This document shows positions 21,761-31,592 of a stretch of 64,000 bases of DNA, one piece after another (position 1 is the first letter of the stretch; each line of letters begins with the position of its first letter). Position numbers and translations under genes: made by a program. The stretch comes from a bacterium. Lineage in GTDB: Bacteria > Hinthialibacterota > Hinthialibacteria > Hinthialibacterales > Hinthialibacteraceae. Location: NCBI GenBank assembly GCA_963662285.2, contig CAXXMV010000006.1:384001-448000 (forward strand), in the 5' to 3' direction. The notes below the pieces were generated by a model. The model was not told where the DNA came from. It did not search any database and saw only the letters and a list, made by a program, of their open reading frames with translations.

Positions 21761-21927
21761 ATCCTCTAAGAGTTGTATTTGTCAATTTTAGAAAACCTTC
21801 TATTCTATATTCCCATGTTAAATAGAAAAAATACAGTGTAGCGCAATAGTATTTACAATTCATTTTTGATAGATTCAAGTGAAGCAAATATTGTTTATTA
21901 TTTCTTGTTTAACTTAAAAAAAACATC

Positions 21928-24075
21928 ATGTTCCAAATTAGAAGGTTATTTCTACTTGTATTCTGCTTGATTATTCTCTTTCCACTTGTCGTATTTTCCT
22001 GGGAGGGATTTGATTGGGAGCAATGGCGCGTCATAACGAACGCTGTAAAACCTACTATTATTACTCCCCAATCTCATAGTTCTGAATTGTTTCCTCTTCT
22101 GCAAAAAGAGGGGGACGTCTGTGCAAGAATCCAGAGTATTCAGGAATGGGAGCAAAAAAGGGATCGTATTTTAGGAGTGCTTGAATCAATAATCGGAACC
22201 TCATCGAAGGCGAAAATTATTCCTCCATATGCAGATATTCTTGGGGAAGCAAGTTTTAGTAATTACAAACGATTCCATTTGCGAATCAGCAGCGAGCCTG
22301 ATGACTGGATAACCGCTTATTTGTTGATTCCCGATCCAATGCCCGTCAAGCCGGTTCCTGCAATGATCGTGCTTCACCAAACCGTCTCCCAGGGCAAAGA
22401 TGAACCGTGCGGCATTGAAGGCAATGCTGAGATGGCGTTTGCGTTGGAGTTGGCGCAAAAAGGATTTGTTTGCATCGTTCCGGATATGATAGGTTTCGGC
22501 GAACGCACGCCACCCGGCGCCCCGCCCTATCACAACGCCCTGCAATTCTTCAGGAAGCATCCGGATTGGTCATTTTTTGGCAAAATGGTATGGGATATCA
22601 GGCAGGTCGTCAATTATTTGGAAACGCTTCCATTCGTCGATATGTACCGGCTGGGATGCATGGGACACTCGCATGGTGGTTATGGAACTATCATAGGCGC
22701 AATTTTTGAACCGAGAATAACCGCTGTTGTGGTGAGTTGTGGATTTACTACATTGCGGAAAGATCCGATCCCGGAGCGTTGGAGTCATTTAACCGCGTTG
22801 ATGCCTAAACTTGGTTTTTATAAAGACCACATCGAAGAGGCGCCTTTCGATTGGCATGAGATAATTGCATGCATGGCGCCCCGGCCTTTCTATCTATGGG
22901 GAACATTAAACGATGCGATTTTCCCATCAATTGATAATTTTCCTGAAATCTTTGAGCAAGTCGAAAGCGTATATTCTCTTTATGGCGCCAAAGATTATTT
23001 TCATCCACGCCTTGGAGAGGGACCTCATTCATTTCCAACAGAACAACGAAACGAAGCCTATAACTGGCTTAAAAGAAATATACCAGTTCGTCCTGCTAAA
23101 GAAACTCTTGGGAATGATCCCGGCGACATAGCTCAATGGGAGAAAAAACAGCCAACCATTAAAAACCTTCTGCAGCGGGATATTGGTTCAGTTGAACCGC
23201 CCTCTATGGAATCCTCTTTCGCAGTGTTATCCACCATCCAACACGAGGGATATACAGAAAAAATGATTCAATATTTCACGGCGCCCGGTGAACGCATTTC
23301 CGCCTATCTCCTCTACCCGGATACATTGAAGAAAAAAAATCCAGCAATCATCGTCTTCCATCAAACAACTGAGAATGGTAAAGAAGAACCAGTCGGACGC
23401 AAAGGCAGAGCAAGCATGCATCTGGCGCCTGAACTGGCCATTCGAGGATACTATGTATTAGCGCCAGATTCCATAACGGCTGGAGAACGAATCGATTCAG
23501 CCGGTCCGTATAATACGCGTAATGTTTATCGCGATTATCCAAATTCATCCGCCCTGGGGAAAATGATTCAAGATGGGCGGCGGGCGATTGATATTCTTCA
23601 ATCAATACCAGAAGTGGATCGAAACCGTATTGGCGCAATCGGGCATTCGCTGGGCGCGGAAGAGGCGCTGTTCGTCGCTGCATTTGATGAACGGATCAAG
23701 GCGGCGGCGGCCAGTTGTGGATTCGCTCCATTGCGTGTAGAAAGCAATCCCGCAAGATGGGCCAGGGATCATTGGTTTTCCTACATGCCCCGTTTGCGGA
23801 TTGATTTGCGAGCGAAACGAATGCCCGCCTGGGATTTTGATGATGTGATTCGTCTGGTGGCGCCACGCGGGTATTTTAATTATCAAACAGAGGATGACGA
23901 CATTTTCCCGGAAGGATACGCCGCGCATGCCATGACTCTTGCTCTTAAACCACTCTGGTGTATGTACGAGAAAGAAAACCATCTGCAAAGCATTCTGGAA
24001 CCAGGGCCGCACGATTTTTCATCCGATGCAAAACAAATCATTTACGATTGGATGGATGCAATTCTTTTTGATTAA
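21928..24075 (+). CDS. Secreted protein with two tandem alpha/beta-hydrolase (dienelactone hydrolase/esterase-like) domains
   Basis: Two nucleophile elbows (GHSHGG, GHSLGA), each followed by D-x-I-F-P and G-P-H-x-F acid/His motifs. Repeated AYLL.P...PA.IV.HQT...GK.EP.G. Confidence 0.85.
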   Translation: MFQIRRLFLLVFCLIILFPLVVFSWEGFDWEQWRVITNAVKPTIITPQSHSSELFPLLQKEGDVCARIQSIQEWEQKRDRILGVLESIIGTSSKAKIIPPYADILGEASFSNYKRFHLRISSEPDDWITAYLLIPDPMPVKPVPAMIVLHQTVSQGKDEPCGIEGNAEMAFALELAQKGFVCIVPDMIGFGERTPPGAPPYHNALQFFRKHPDWSFFGKMVWDIRQVVNYLETLPFVDMYRLGCMGHSHGGYGTIIGAIFEPRITAVVVSCGFTTLRKDPIPERWSHLTALMPKLGFYKDHIEEAPFDWHEIIACMAPRPFYLWGTLNDAIFPSIDNFPEIFEQVESVYSLYGAKDYFHPRLGEGPHSFPTEQRNEAYNWLKRNIPVRPAKETLGNDPGDIAQWEKKQPTIKNLLQRDIGSVEPPSMESSFAVLSTIQHEGYTEKMIQYFTAPGERISAYLLYPDTLKKKNPAIIVFHQTTENGKEEPVGRKGRASMHLAPELAIRGYYVLAPDSITAGERIDSAGPYNTRNVYRDYPNSSALGKMIQDGRRAIDILQSIPEVDRNRIGAIGHSLGAEEALFVAAFDERIKAAAASCGFAPLRVESNPARWARDHWFSYMPRLRIDLRAKRMPAWDFDDVIRLVAPRGYFNYQTEDDDIFPEGYAAHAMTLALKPLWCMYEKENHLQSILEPGPHDFSSDAKQIIYDWMDAILFD

Positions 24076-24127
24076 GAGAAAACGGCAAACAGTCTATAGT
24101 AAAAATTTCTGAAGGAGTTATAAGAAC

Positions 24128-26326
24128 ATGCGCTTAATACCCAAACGGCTGTCTATACTCATCTTATTGTTCGCTTTACTTCCAATAAGCCTTTTTGCCC
24201 AGGAAGAGCAATATATTCTCAACGCGGCGCATGGAGTGTTGGAACGGATTGTTCCCGAACAAGTGGAAGAATTTGAACTAGCTCTTATTCCACAAGACAA
24301 TGGGCGAGATGTTTTTGAAATTGAAAGCCGGGATGGAAAGATTATCCTGCGCGGCAACAATGGCGTCTCCATTTGTTCGGCGTTGAATTGGTATTTGAAA
24401 TATTATTGCAATGCGTGCGTCTCGCTCCAGGGAGTGCAGCTTAATCTGCCCACGCCTCTGCCAGGCGTTAATCCCAAAATCCGGCAGGTAAGTCCCCATA
24501 AATACCGCTATTTTTTTAATTATTGCTGCTTTGGATATTCTCTGGCCTGGTGGGATTGGCAACAATGGGAATTTATTATTGATTGGATGGCTCTGAATGG
24601 CATCAACCTTCCTCTGGCCGTTACCGGTCAGGAATCGACTTGGCAGAAAGTTTTAACCGATTATGGTTTCGACAAGGACTCGGTATTCGATTTTCTGGCC
24701 GGGCCGCCATACCTGCCCTTTGGCTGGATGGGATGCCTGGATGGCTGGGGCGGCCCCCTTACCCAGGATTGGATTGACCGCCGTGCCGCGCTGCAACAAA
24801 AGATTCTCAAACGCGAACGCTCTCTGGGCATGACGCCCGTCCTGCAAGGTTTTACCGGACATATTCCCAAAGCGCTTGGTGATAAGATTCCCGGCATAAA
24901 ACTGCATAAGATCCGTTGGATCGAATGGGAAACCTATTTTGTTGATCCCAATGATTCGATGTTTATGGAAATAGGTAAAAGGTTTCAGCAAAAACAAATC
25001 GAAGAATTTGGAACTGACCATTTCTATGCGTCGGATACTTTTATCGAAATGACGCCGCCCAGTGATGATCCGGCGTTTCTCAAAAAGATGGGTCAATTGG
25101 TGTTTAGCAATCTCCGTTCCGCTGATCCAAAAGCGATTTGGGTAATGCAGGCATGGATATTCTTCAATAATTCCAAATTCTGGAAACCTCCCCAAACCGA
25201 AGCGTTGTTTAGCGGAGTGCCTGATAATGGAATGCTGGTGTTGGACCTATATTGCGACAACACGCCTGTCTGGAAGATCACCAATTCTTTCCATGGGAAA
25301 CCCTGGCTCTGGTGTGCGCTGCATAATTTTGGCAACACCGTATTTTTACATGGATCGCTGCCCAACCTTAATAATGAACTATTTTCAACAATGTCGAATC
25401 CAGAAAAAGGCAACCTATCCGGCATCGGCATGACTCAGGAAGGTCTTGATTATAATCCGGTCATCTTCGATTTCGTATTGGAGATGACGTGGCGGGATGC
25501 TGCGGTTGACATCGATAAATGGATCGACCAATACGCCATACGCCGCTACGGCCAATCGAATCCCCACGCTCAAAAGGCCTGGCGTATCCTGCGCAATACT
25601 GTGTATGATAAAACAGGCCGGGAGCGTTCGATCATCAATAGGCGCCCGGCAATCAGTCTGGGCGCCAATACGGACAAACAAGAGTTGCTGGAGTTGCTCA
25701 AGGCATGGGATCACCTGATCCAATGTTCCGACCGCTTTATAAATGTTGATTCATTCCACTTTGATCTGGTAAATCTGGGACGGCAGATTCTATCGAATTT
25801 CTGCACCTTGCAATATCAGGAACTGATCAAAGCCTACAAAGCAAAGGATCAGCAAAAACTGCTATCCCTATCAAATGATATGCTGCAAACCATGCAGGAC
25901 ATGGATCGCCTGCTTTCATCACGCCAGGAATTTCTGTTAGGCGATTGGATTGAAAGTGCGAAACAATGGGGCAATTCTGATAAAGAAAAACAAACCTATG
26001 AATGGAATGCCAGAAATATCATCACTCTCTGGGGAGACGGTAAATCCACTCTGCATGATTACGCCCGTAAAGAATGGTCTGGTTTGATTGCAGATTTCTA
26101 TTTGAAGCGCTGGAATTATTTCCTGGATGAACTAATTCAATCGCTTGAAAGCAATCAGCCGCTTGATGAGAAAAAAATCATTGGGCATTTGCAGAATTGG
26201 GAGGAAGAGTGGACCAGGAATACCAAGCCTTTTCCTTCAAAACCAACAGGGGAACCAGTAAGAATATCAAAAACAATGTATCAAAAATATCATGAAAAAA
26301 TTAAAAATCACTCTCGTTTAAGGTAA
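24128..26326 (+). CDS. Alpha-N-acetylglucosaminidase (GH89, NAGLU-like)
   Basis: RYFFNYCCFGYSLAWWDW..WE..IDWMALNGINLPLA, GWGGPL, DTFIEM, LHNFG, NARNIITLW and LHDYARKEWSGLI. Confidence 0.93.
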   Translation: MRLIPKRLSILILLFALLPISLFAQEEQYILNAAHGVLERIVPEQVEEFELALIPQDNGRDVFEIESRDGKIILRGNNGVSICSALNWYLKYYCNACVSLQGVQLNLPTPLPGVNPKIRQVSPHKYRYFFNYCCFGYSLAWWDWQQWEFIIDWMALNGINLPLAVTGQESTWQKVLTDYGFDKDSVFDFLAGPPYLPFGWMGCLDGWGGPLTQDWIDRRAALQQKILKRERSLGMTPVLQGFTGHIPKALGDKIPGIKLHKIRWIEWETYFVDPNDSMFMEIGKRFQQKQIEEFGTDHFYASDTFIEMTPPSDDPAFLKKMGQLVFSNLRSADPKAIWVMQAWIFFNNSKFWKPPQTEALFSGVPDNGMLVLDLYCDNTPVWKITNSFHGKPWLWCALHNFGNTVFLHGSLPNLNNELFSTMSNPEKGNLSGIGMTQEGLDYNPVIFDFVLEMTWRDAAVDIDKWIDQYAIRRYGQSNPHAQKAWRILRNTVYDKTGRERSIINRRPAISLGANTDKQELLELLKAWDHLIQCSDRFINVDSFHFDLVNLGRQILSNFCTLQYQELIKAYKAKDQQKLLSLSNDMLQTMQDMDRLLSSRQEFLLGDWIESAKQWGNSDKEKQTYEWNARNIITLWGDGKSTLHDYARKEWSGLIADFYLKRWNYFLDELIQSLESNQPLDEKKIIGHLQNWEEEWTRNTKPFPSKPTGEPVRISKTMYQKYHEKIKNHSRLR

Positions 26327-26619
26327 GACGTGATTATTAATCAACCTGATTTTGAAAGCCGCCTGAACTGTGGTTTTTAGGATAATGTAACGATTTCGAC
26401 CACTGCTTCTTGACCATAATTAAGTAACGATACATGATTCAGGTTATGATTCGATGCACAATTTGAGTGGTTTTCATAGTAACGTTCTGAGTCGCGATTC
26501 GTATAAGTAAGGACAGATTAGCTTTTACGAATATCAAACGTGATAATTGATGAATATAATGTTGATAATCGCTCTAGTGTAATATTGTAAAAAAGTTATA
26601 AGTTGAAGGAGCATTAAAG

Positions 26620-27555
26620 TTGAATATCTTAATCACCGGCTCGAGCGGACAAATCGGGACTAATTTAGGCCTCCGTCTATTAAAAGAAGGCCATTTCGTA
26701 CTTGGCGTAGATAAACGTGATAATACCTGGACCGATGATATCCCCATGAGAACGGTTGATTTAACCGGAGATTGCGTTGGACGTTTACTGGAACTGATCA
26801 AAGGTTACAACATCGAATTAATCGTCCACTTGGCCGCTCACGCCAAAGTTTTCGAACTAGTTTGCGAACCATCCCGCGCTTTAGAGAATGTGGAGATAAC
26901 CTTCAAAGTATGTGAAAGCGCCCGCATCGCCGGATTGCCCATCATCTTTGGCAGTTCGCGCGAAGTTTACGGCGATATCCAGCGTCATATCACAGATGAA
27001 TCCTGCGCCGACTTCGTTGTTGCAGAAAGCCCATATTCAGCCAGTAAAATTGCTGGAGAAGCATTCATATATTCTTTTTCACAATGCTACAAGTTGCCAT
27101 ACATCGTTTTCCGCTTCAGCAACGTATATGGCCGTTTCGACAATGACCTTGAACGGATGGAACGCGTAACGCCTCTATTCATCAAAAAGATATCTCAGGG
27201 GAAACCCATTGTAATTCATGGAAAAGATAAAATCCTAGATTTCACTTATATAGATGATTGCATTGAAGGGATTTCACTTGCCATCGAGAAATTATTGAGT
27301 CGTGAAGTGGTTAATCAGACTATCAACCTGGCTTGTGGTCAGGGAAGCAGTTTAGGCGAATTGGCTGAGCTGATCGGTAAAAGCACCGGAATGGAGCCAA
27401 ACATCACCTATACGCCATCCAATCCAGGTGAAGTGACGCGCTATATCGCCGATATTTCCAAAGCGCGTAAACTGTTAGGCTATTCACCTAAAACGCCGCT
27501 CTGCGAAGGTATTCCCAAGACAATTTCGTGGTCTAGAGAATACGATCAGCAATGA
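26620..27555 (+). CDS. NAD-dependent epimerase/dehydratase (extended SDR)
   Basis: TTG start after GGAG. ILITGSSGQIG, HLAA, SSREVYG, PYSASK and RFSNVYG. Confidence 0.92.
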   Translation: MNILITGSSGQIGTNLGLRLLKEGHFVLGVDKRDNTWTDDIPMRTVDLTGDCVGRLLELIKGYNIELIVHLAAHAKVFELVCEPSRALENVEITFKVCESARIAGLPIIFGSSREVYGDIQRHITDESCADFVVAESPYSASKIAGEAFIYSFSQCYKLPYIVFRFSNVYGRFDNDLERMERVTPLFIKKISQGKPIVIHGKDKILDFTYIDDCIEGISLAIEKLLSREVVNQTINLACGQGSSLGELAELIGKSTGMEPNITYTPSNPGEVTRYIADISKARKLLGYSPKTPLCEGIPKTISWSREYDQQ

Positions 27556-28523
27556 TTAATTCCAATCCTCATGTTTCTATTCAATCCTGCGCGACGTACC
27601 AGGCTGAGTCTGTGCACAAAGCTTTGGCCGAAGCTCTGGACCCGCTGGATGGATTAGATAAATTCATTCAGCGCGGCGACCGCGTCTTAATCAAACCTAA
27701 CCTGCTTTTCGGGCGTCCAGCAGAACAAGCAATAACCACTCATCCTATAGTAATTGAAGCGATATGCCGCATGGCTTTGGATTGTGGCGCCAAAGTTCTT
27801 TTGGGCGATAGCCCCCCATTATCCAGCGCAGCGCGAACGGCCCAACGTTGCGGTATTGCAGATATTGTCAACCAGTTGGGAGTAGAAATCGTCGAGTTCA
27901 AATATCCAACTCATGATGGATGGAATGAGCAGGTTTATACCAGTGGAATCGCAACGCCTCCACTTAGTTCCGTTTTGCAGGAATTCGACCTGGTTATCAA
28001 TGTTCCCAAACTGAAAGCTCATCAACAATTGCTTATTACTGGCGCCGTTAAGAACTTATTTGGGTGCGTTGTCGGTAGAACCAAAGCCTATTGGCATTTC
28101 AAAAAGCGTAAAAGCGTAGAATCCTTCGCCGACATGCTGTTGGCCATTTATGAAAAAATCTCTCCAGGATTAACCATTGTTGACGCAATCATCGGTATGG
28201 AGGGTATGGGACCCGGTAATGGTTCTCCCAAACCAGTGGGATTAATCATAGCCAGCGAGAATGGCGTCGCCGTGGATGCGGTTATCACAGAAATACTTGC
28301 TATAAATTCCATCGATCATTTTGTTTTACGTATGGCTCAAAATATGGAAATTCCCGGCTCTAATATTGACTATATCAAAATATCAGGTTTACCTATCAAA
28401 GAAGCCAGACTGGATTCATTCGAATTACCTGAACTTGCTCCCATTGGTTTTTCAATTACTCATTTGATCAAAGGAATGGTCAAATATGCCAGAGAAAAGA
28501 TCATGCGGAGAAATAATAAATGA
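27552..28523 (+). CDS. DUF362 domain protein (no C-terminal ferredoxin domain)
   Basis: GDRVLIKPNLL...TTHP, INVPKLKAH...TGAVKNLFG and DAIIGMEGMGP. ATGA overlap with the epimerase gene. Confidence 0.88.
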   Translation: MINSNPHVSIQSCATYQAESVHKALAEALDPLDGLDKFIQRGDRVLIKPNLLFGRPAEQAITTHPIVIEAICRMALDCGAKVLLGDSPPLSSAARTAQRCGIADIVNQLGVEIVEFKYPTHDGWNEQVYTSGIATPPLSSVLQEFDLVINVPKLKAHQQLLITGAVKNLFGCVVGRTKAYWHFKKRKSVESFADMLLAIYEKISPGLTIVDAIIGMEGMGPGNGSPKPVGLIIASENGVAVDAVITEILAINSIDHFVLRMAQNMEIPGSNIDYIKISGLPIKEARLDSFELPELAPIGFSITHLIKGMVKYAREKIMRRNNK

Positions 28524-28656
28524 TTTTGTAAGATTATTATTTAGAGAGCTTTGCGTCCAAATGCTCTAGCAGCGTTCTACTTTTCTATAAAATCTGTAAT
28601 ATATAAATTCATATAACGAGATCGTTATTATTTCCCTATATTGATTGGTAAGTGGA

Positions 28657-29604
28657 ATGGAAGAAGGAACAATTCTTATAGTCGATGATGAGAAAATCAT
28701 CAGAGATCTTCTTTGCGCCATGCTCAAAGAAGCTGGTAATTATAAACTTCTAACTGCCATAAACGGTAAAGAAGCTCTAAAGATATGCATGGCTGATGAA
28801 AACATCGACCTGGTGTTCTCCGATTTACGCATGCCGGTTATGAGCGGCATGGAGTTGCTGGTCGAACTCCGCAAAAATCGCCCGGAAATCCCTGTAGTAA
28901 TCCTAACCGGGTATGGCAGGCGTGAAGACGTTATAGAAGCGTTACGCCTGGGCGCTTCAAACTTTCTGCTCAAACCGCAGGAAGTCGACATGGTATACAC
29001 AGTGGCCAGCAAAATTTTGCGTATGCGCCATCAGGAGAAAATGGAAAAAATGATTCTCGATTTTTTCGTTGAGGATCATCAAATGTTCTCTATACCTAAC
29101 GATTTGCATTACACTCTTCCCCTTATTGATCTTTTGACTGATAAAATTGCTATATTAGGAATCTGCAATAAAGCGGAATTGACCAATCTACGCTTTGCTT
29201 TAGATGAAGCGTTGGTCAATGCTGTAGTTCACGGCAATCTTGAAATTGAATCCAGCGCCAAAGGCGCCACTTTGGATGAGATGATGCGATTCAACCAACT
29301 GGTCAAAGAACGTAGTATAGAAGCCATTTATTCAGATAGAAGAGTTACTATTACCCGGCATCTAACCAATGATTTCGTGATTTTCAGTATCGAAGACCAA
29401 GGCAAAGGATTCGACTGGCGCACTTTGCCCAAGACGTTGGACGAGATGGAAATTTTATCTAATTACGGACGCGGGCTGTTTTTGATCCGGGCTTTTATGA
29501 CGAGAGTGGAATTCAATGATCAAGGAAACCGTATAACCCTGGTCAAAGAGAAAGCCGGTTCCGACGCCAATTCCAGTTTTATGGATATGCAAGCGCTTTC
29601 TTAA
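28657..29604 (+). CDS. Response regulator receiver fused to an RsbW-like HATPase (anti-sigma/Ser-Thr kinase) domain
   Basis: ILIVDDE...DLRMPVMSG...LTG...KP receiver. EALVNAVVHGN...IEDQGKGFD...GRGLFLI HATPase_c_2. Confidence 0.88.
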   Translation: MEEGTILIVDDEKIIRDLLCAMLKEAGNYKLLTAINGKEALKICMADENIDLVFSDLRMPVMSGMELLVELRKNRPEIPVVILTGYGRREDVIEALRLGASNFLLKPQEVDMVYTVASKILRMRHQEKMEKMILDFFVEDHQMFSIPNDLHYTLPLIDLLTDKIAILGICNKAELTNLRFALDEALVNAVVHGNLEIESSAKGATLDEMMRFNQLVKERSIEAIYSDRRVTITRHLTNDFVIFSIEDQGKGFDWRTLPKTLDEMEILSNYGRGLFLIRAFMTRVEFNDQGNRITLVKEKAGSDANSSFMDMQALS

Positions 29605-29851
29605 ATATTCGTTCACCTTGCATATTATGTCGATTAGACGCAATATAACCGCCAGTAATCCTCTTTTTGAACTTATCTCAATTATTATTGATAGAAATGA
29701 TATGCTTGGATAGGATAATATTCTCGTATATAATTTTTGTGCATTATGAGAGTTACTTATGAAAATATAAAACGTTTTTACCTATTAGCCCGGATTTATC
29801 AGGGTCTCGCTTGAATCAAGTTCGAGGATTCCAAACAATTTCGAGGGAATT

Positions 29852-30796
29852 ATGATTGTTGCGGAAAACATTAAAAAAACGTATGGCCGCGTAACTGCGA
29901 TCGAAGATGTTTCGTTCGAAGTCGCGGAAGGTGAAATTCTCGGTTTTCTGGGACCAAACGGCGCTGGTAAAACAACCACTATGCGCATTTTGACGGGATA
30001 TTCTCCCCCGTCAGCCGGTACAGCAACCGTGGCAGGATTCGATATTCGAGAGAATTCGCTCGAAGTGCGTCGGAATATCGGATATCTACCGGAAAACACG
30101 CCGCTCTATAATGATATGGATGTAGTGGGTTTTCTGGGATTCGTTGCGCACGTCAAGGGAATATCTTCCGGAGATCGTGCGGCGCAGATCCGTGAAGCCA
30201 TGTCTGAATCAGGCATTACCGATGTGGCCAGTCGCACCATCGGCAAATTGTCCAAAGGATACCGGCAGCGCGTTGGTCTTGCTCAAGCCCTAATTGGCAA
30301 CCCCAAGGTTCTGATCCTGGATGAACCGACAGTTGGTCTCGATCCCAACCAGATTCGTGATATTCGCGAATTGATCAAAAACATGGCTGGCAAGCGAACC
30401 GTAATTCTATCGACTCACATTCTGCCTGAAGTGAGCATGATTTGCGATAGAGTGCTCATTATCAACGAAGGCCGGATCGTGGCCGCCGATGCGGTGGGAG
30501 AACTTTCCCAACGGCTTTCCACGCAACTAAAGATTCGTTTAATGGTCAAAGCGCCCGCCAGTGACATCGCCCCTGCTTTGCAGGAACTCAGCGGCATCCA
30601 GAAGATCAATTGCACGGATATGCAGAGCGGAGTATGCCAGGTTATTCTGGATACTGAGCGCAGCAAAGACCTGCGTCCCGATCTGTCTAATAGAATCGTC
30701 GGCAAGGGCTGGGACTTATTGGAAATTCGATCAATGGACCCCACGCTGGAAGATATATTCATCGAAATTATCGCTGGTGAAAAGGAGGTGCACTAA
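29852..30796 (+). CDS. ABC transporter ATP-binding protein, GldA-like
   Basis: GPNGAGKTT Walker A, LSKGYRQRVGLAQA signature, ILDEPTVGLDP and STHIL. Confidence 0.95.
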   Translation: MIVAENIKKTYGRVTAIEDVSFEVAEGEILGFLGPNGAGKTTTMRILTGYSPPSAGTATVAGFDIRENSLEVRRNIGYLPENTPLYNDMDVVGFLGFVAHVKGISSGDRAAQIREAMSESGITDVASRTIGKLSKGYRQRVGLAQALIGNPKVLILDEPTVGLDPNQIRDIRELIKNMAGKRTVILSTHILPEVSMICDRVLIINEGRIVAADAVGELSQRLSTQLKIRLMVKAPASDIAPALQELSGIQKINCTDMQSGVCQVILDTERSKDLRPDLSNRIVGKGWDLLEIRSMDPTLEDIFIEIIAGEKEVH

Positions 30797-31590
30797 TGAG
30801 TAATATATGGGCCATTTACAAACGTGAGATGCGGTCCTACTTCTTCTCACCATTGGCATACGTTTTATATGTATTCTTTCTGTTCTTAACAGCGGTATTC
30901 TTTTATATGTATTTCTCCTCCTATGTGAAATGGAGTCAGGAATATATGCAGATGATGCAATTTCAACAAGGTTTCGGCTCTCAACCACTGCCCAACTATA
31001 CTCAGTTAGTGCTGCAAGGCATCACTAACGTCATGACCTTTATTCTGCTCTTTATCGCTCCCATGCTCTCTATGCGCATCATCGCGGAAGAGAAAAAACT
31101 GGGTACTATCGAATTGTTGTTCACCTATCCAATTAAAGATATTGAAATTCTATTGGGCAAGTATTTCTCAGCCATGACCGTTTATGTAGGAATGTTGGTA
31201 TTAACATTCGTTTATGTCCTGCTTTCCTTGAAAGTGGTTCCCGACCAAACCTACATACCAGCAGTTATGACTTCGTATCTGGGAGTCTTCCTGGTTGGAA
31301 GCGCTTTTATCTCATTCGGCATTTTTGCTTCTTCGCTGACTGATAACCAGGTTGTTGCGGGGCTTATAACCTTCGCTTCACTGCTGGTTCTGTGGATGAT
31401 TGGTTTTGTGGACGAAATCAATCCGGGCATACTGGGTGATATATGCAATAACATCTCGGTCTATGCGCATTTCGATGAATTCGGTAAAGGCGTTATCGAT
31501 ACAGGACACGCGGCGTTTTACGTCCTCTTCACTATATTCTTCCTGTTTTTCAGTTTACGCGTGTTGGAATCCAATCGATGGAGAGGGTAA
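30796..31590 (+). CDS. ABC-2 type permease, GldF-like
   Basis: IYKREMRSYFFSPLAY, SMRIIAEEKKLGTIELLFTYP and SSLTDNQVVA. About 6 TM helices. Confidence 0.92.
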   Translation: MSNIWAIYKREMRSYFFSPLAYVLYVFFLFLTAVFFYMYFSSYVKWSQEYMQMMQFQQGFGSQPLPNYTQLVLQGITNVMTFILLFIAPMLSMRIIAEEKKLGTIELLFTYPIKDIEILLGKYFSAMTVYVGMLVLTFVYVLLSLKVVPDQTYIPAVMTSYLGVFLVGSAFISFGIFASSLTDNQVVAGLITFASLLVLWMIGFVDEINPGILGDICNNISVYAHFDEFGKGVIDTGHAAFYVLFTIFFLFFSLRVLESNRWRG

Positions 31591-31592
31591 TC

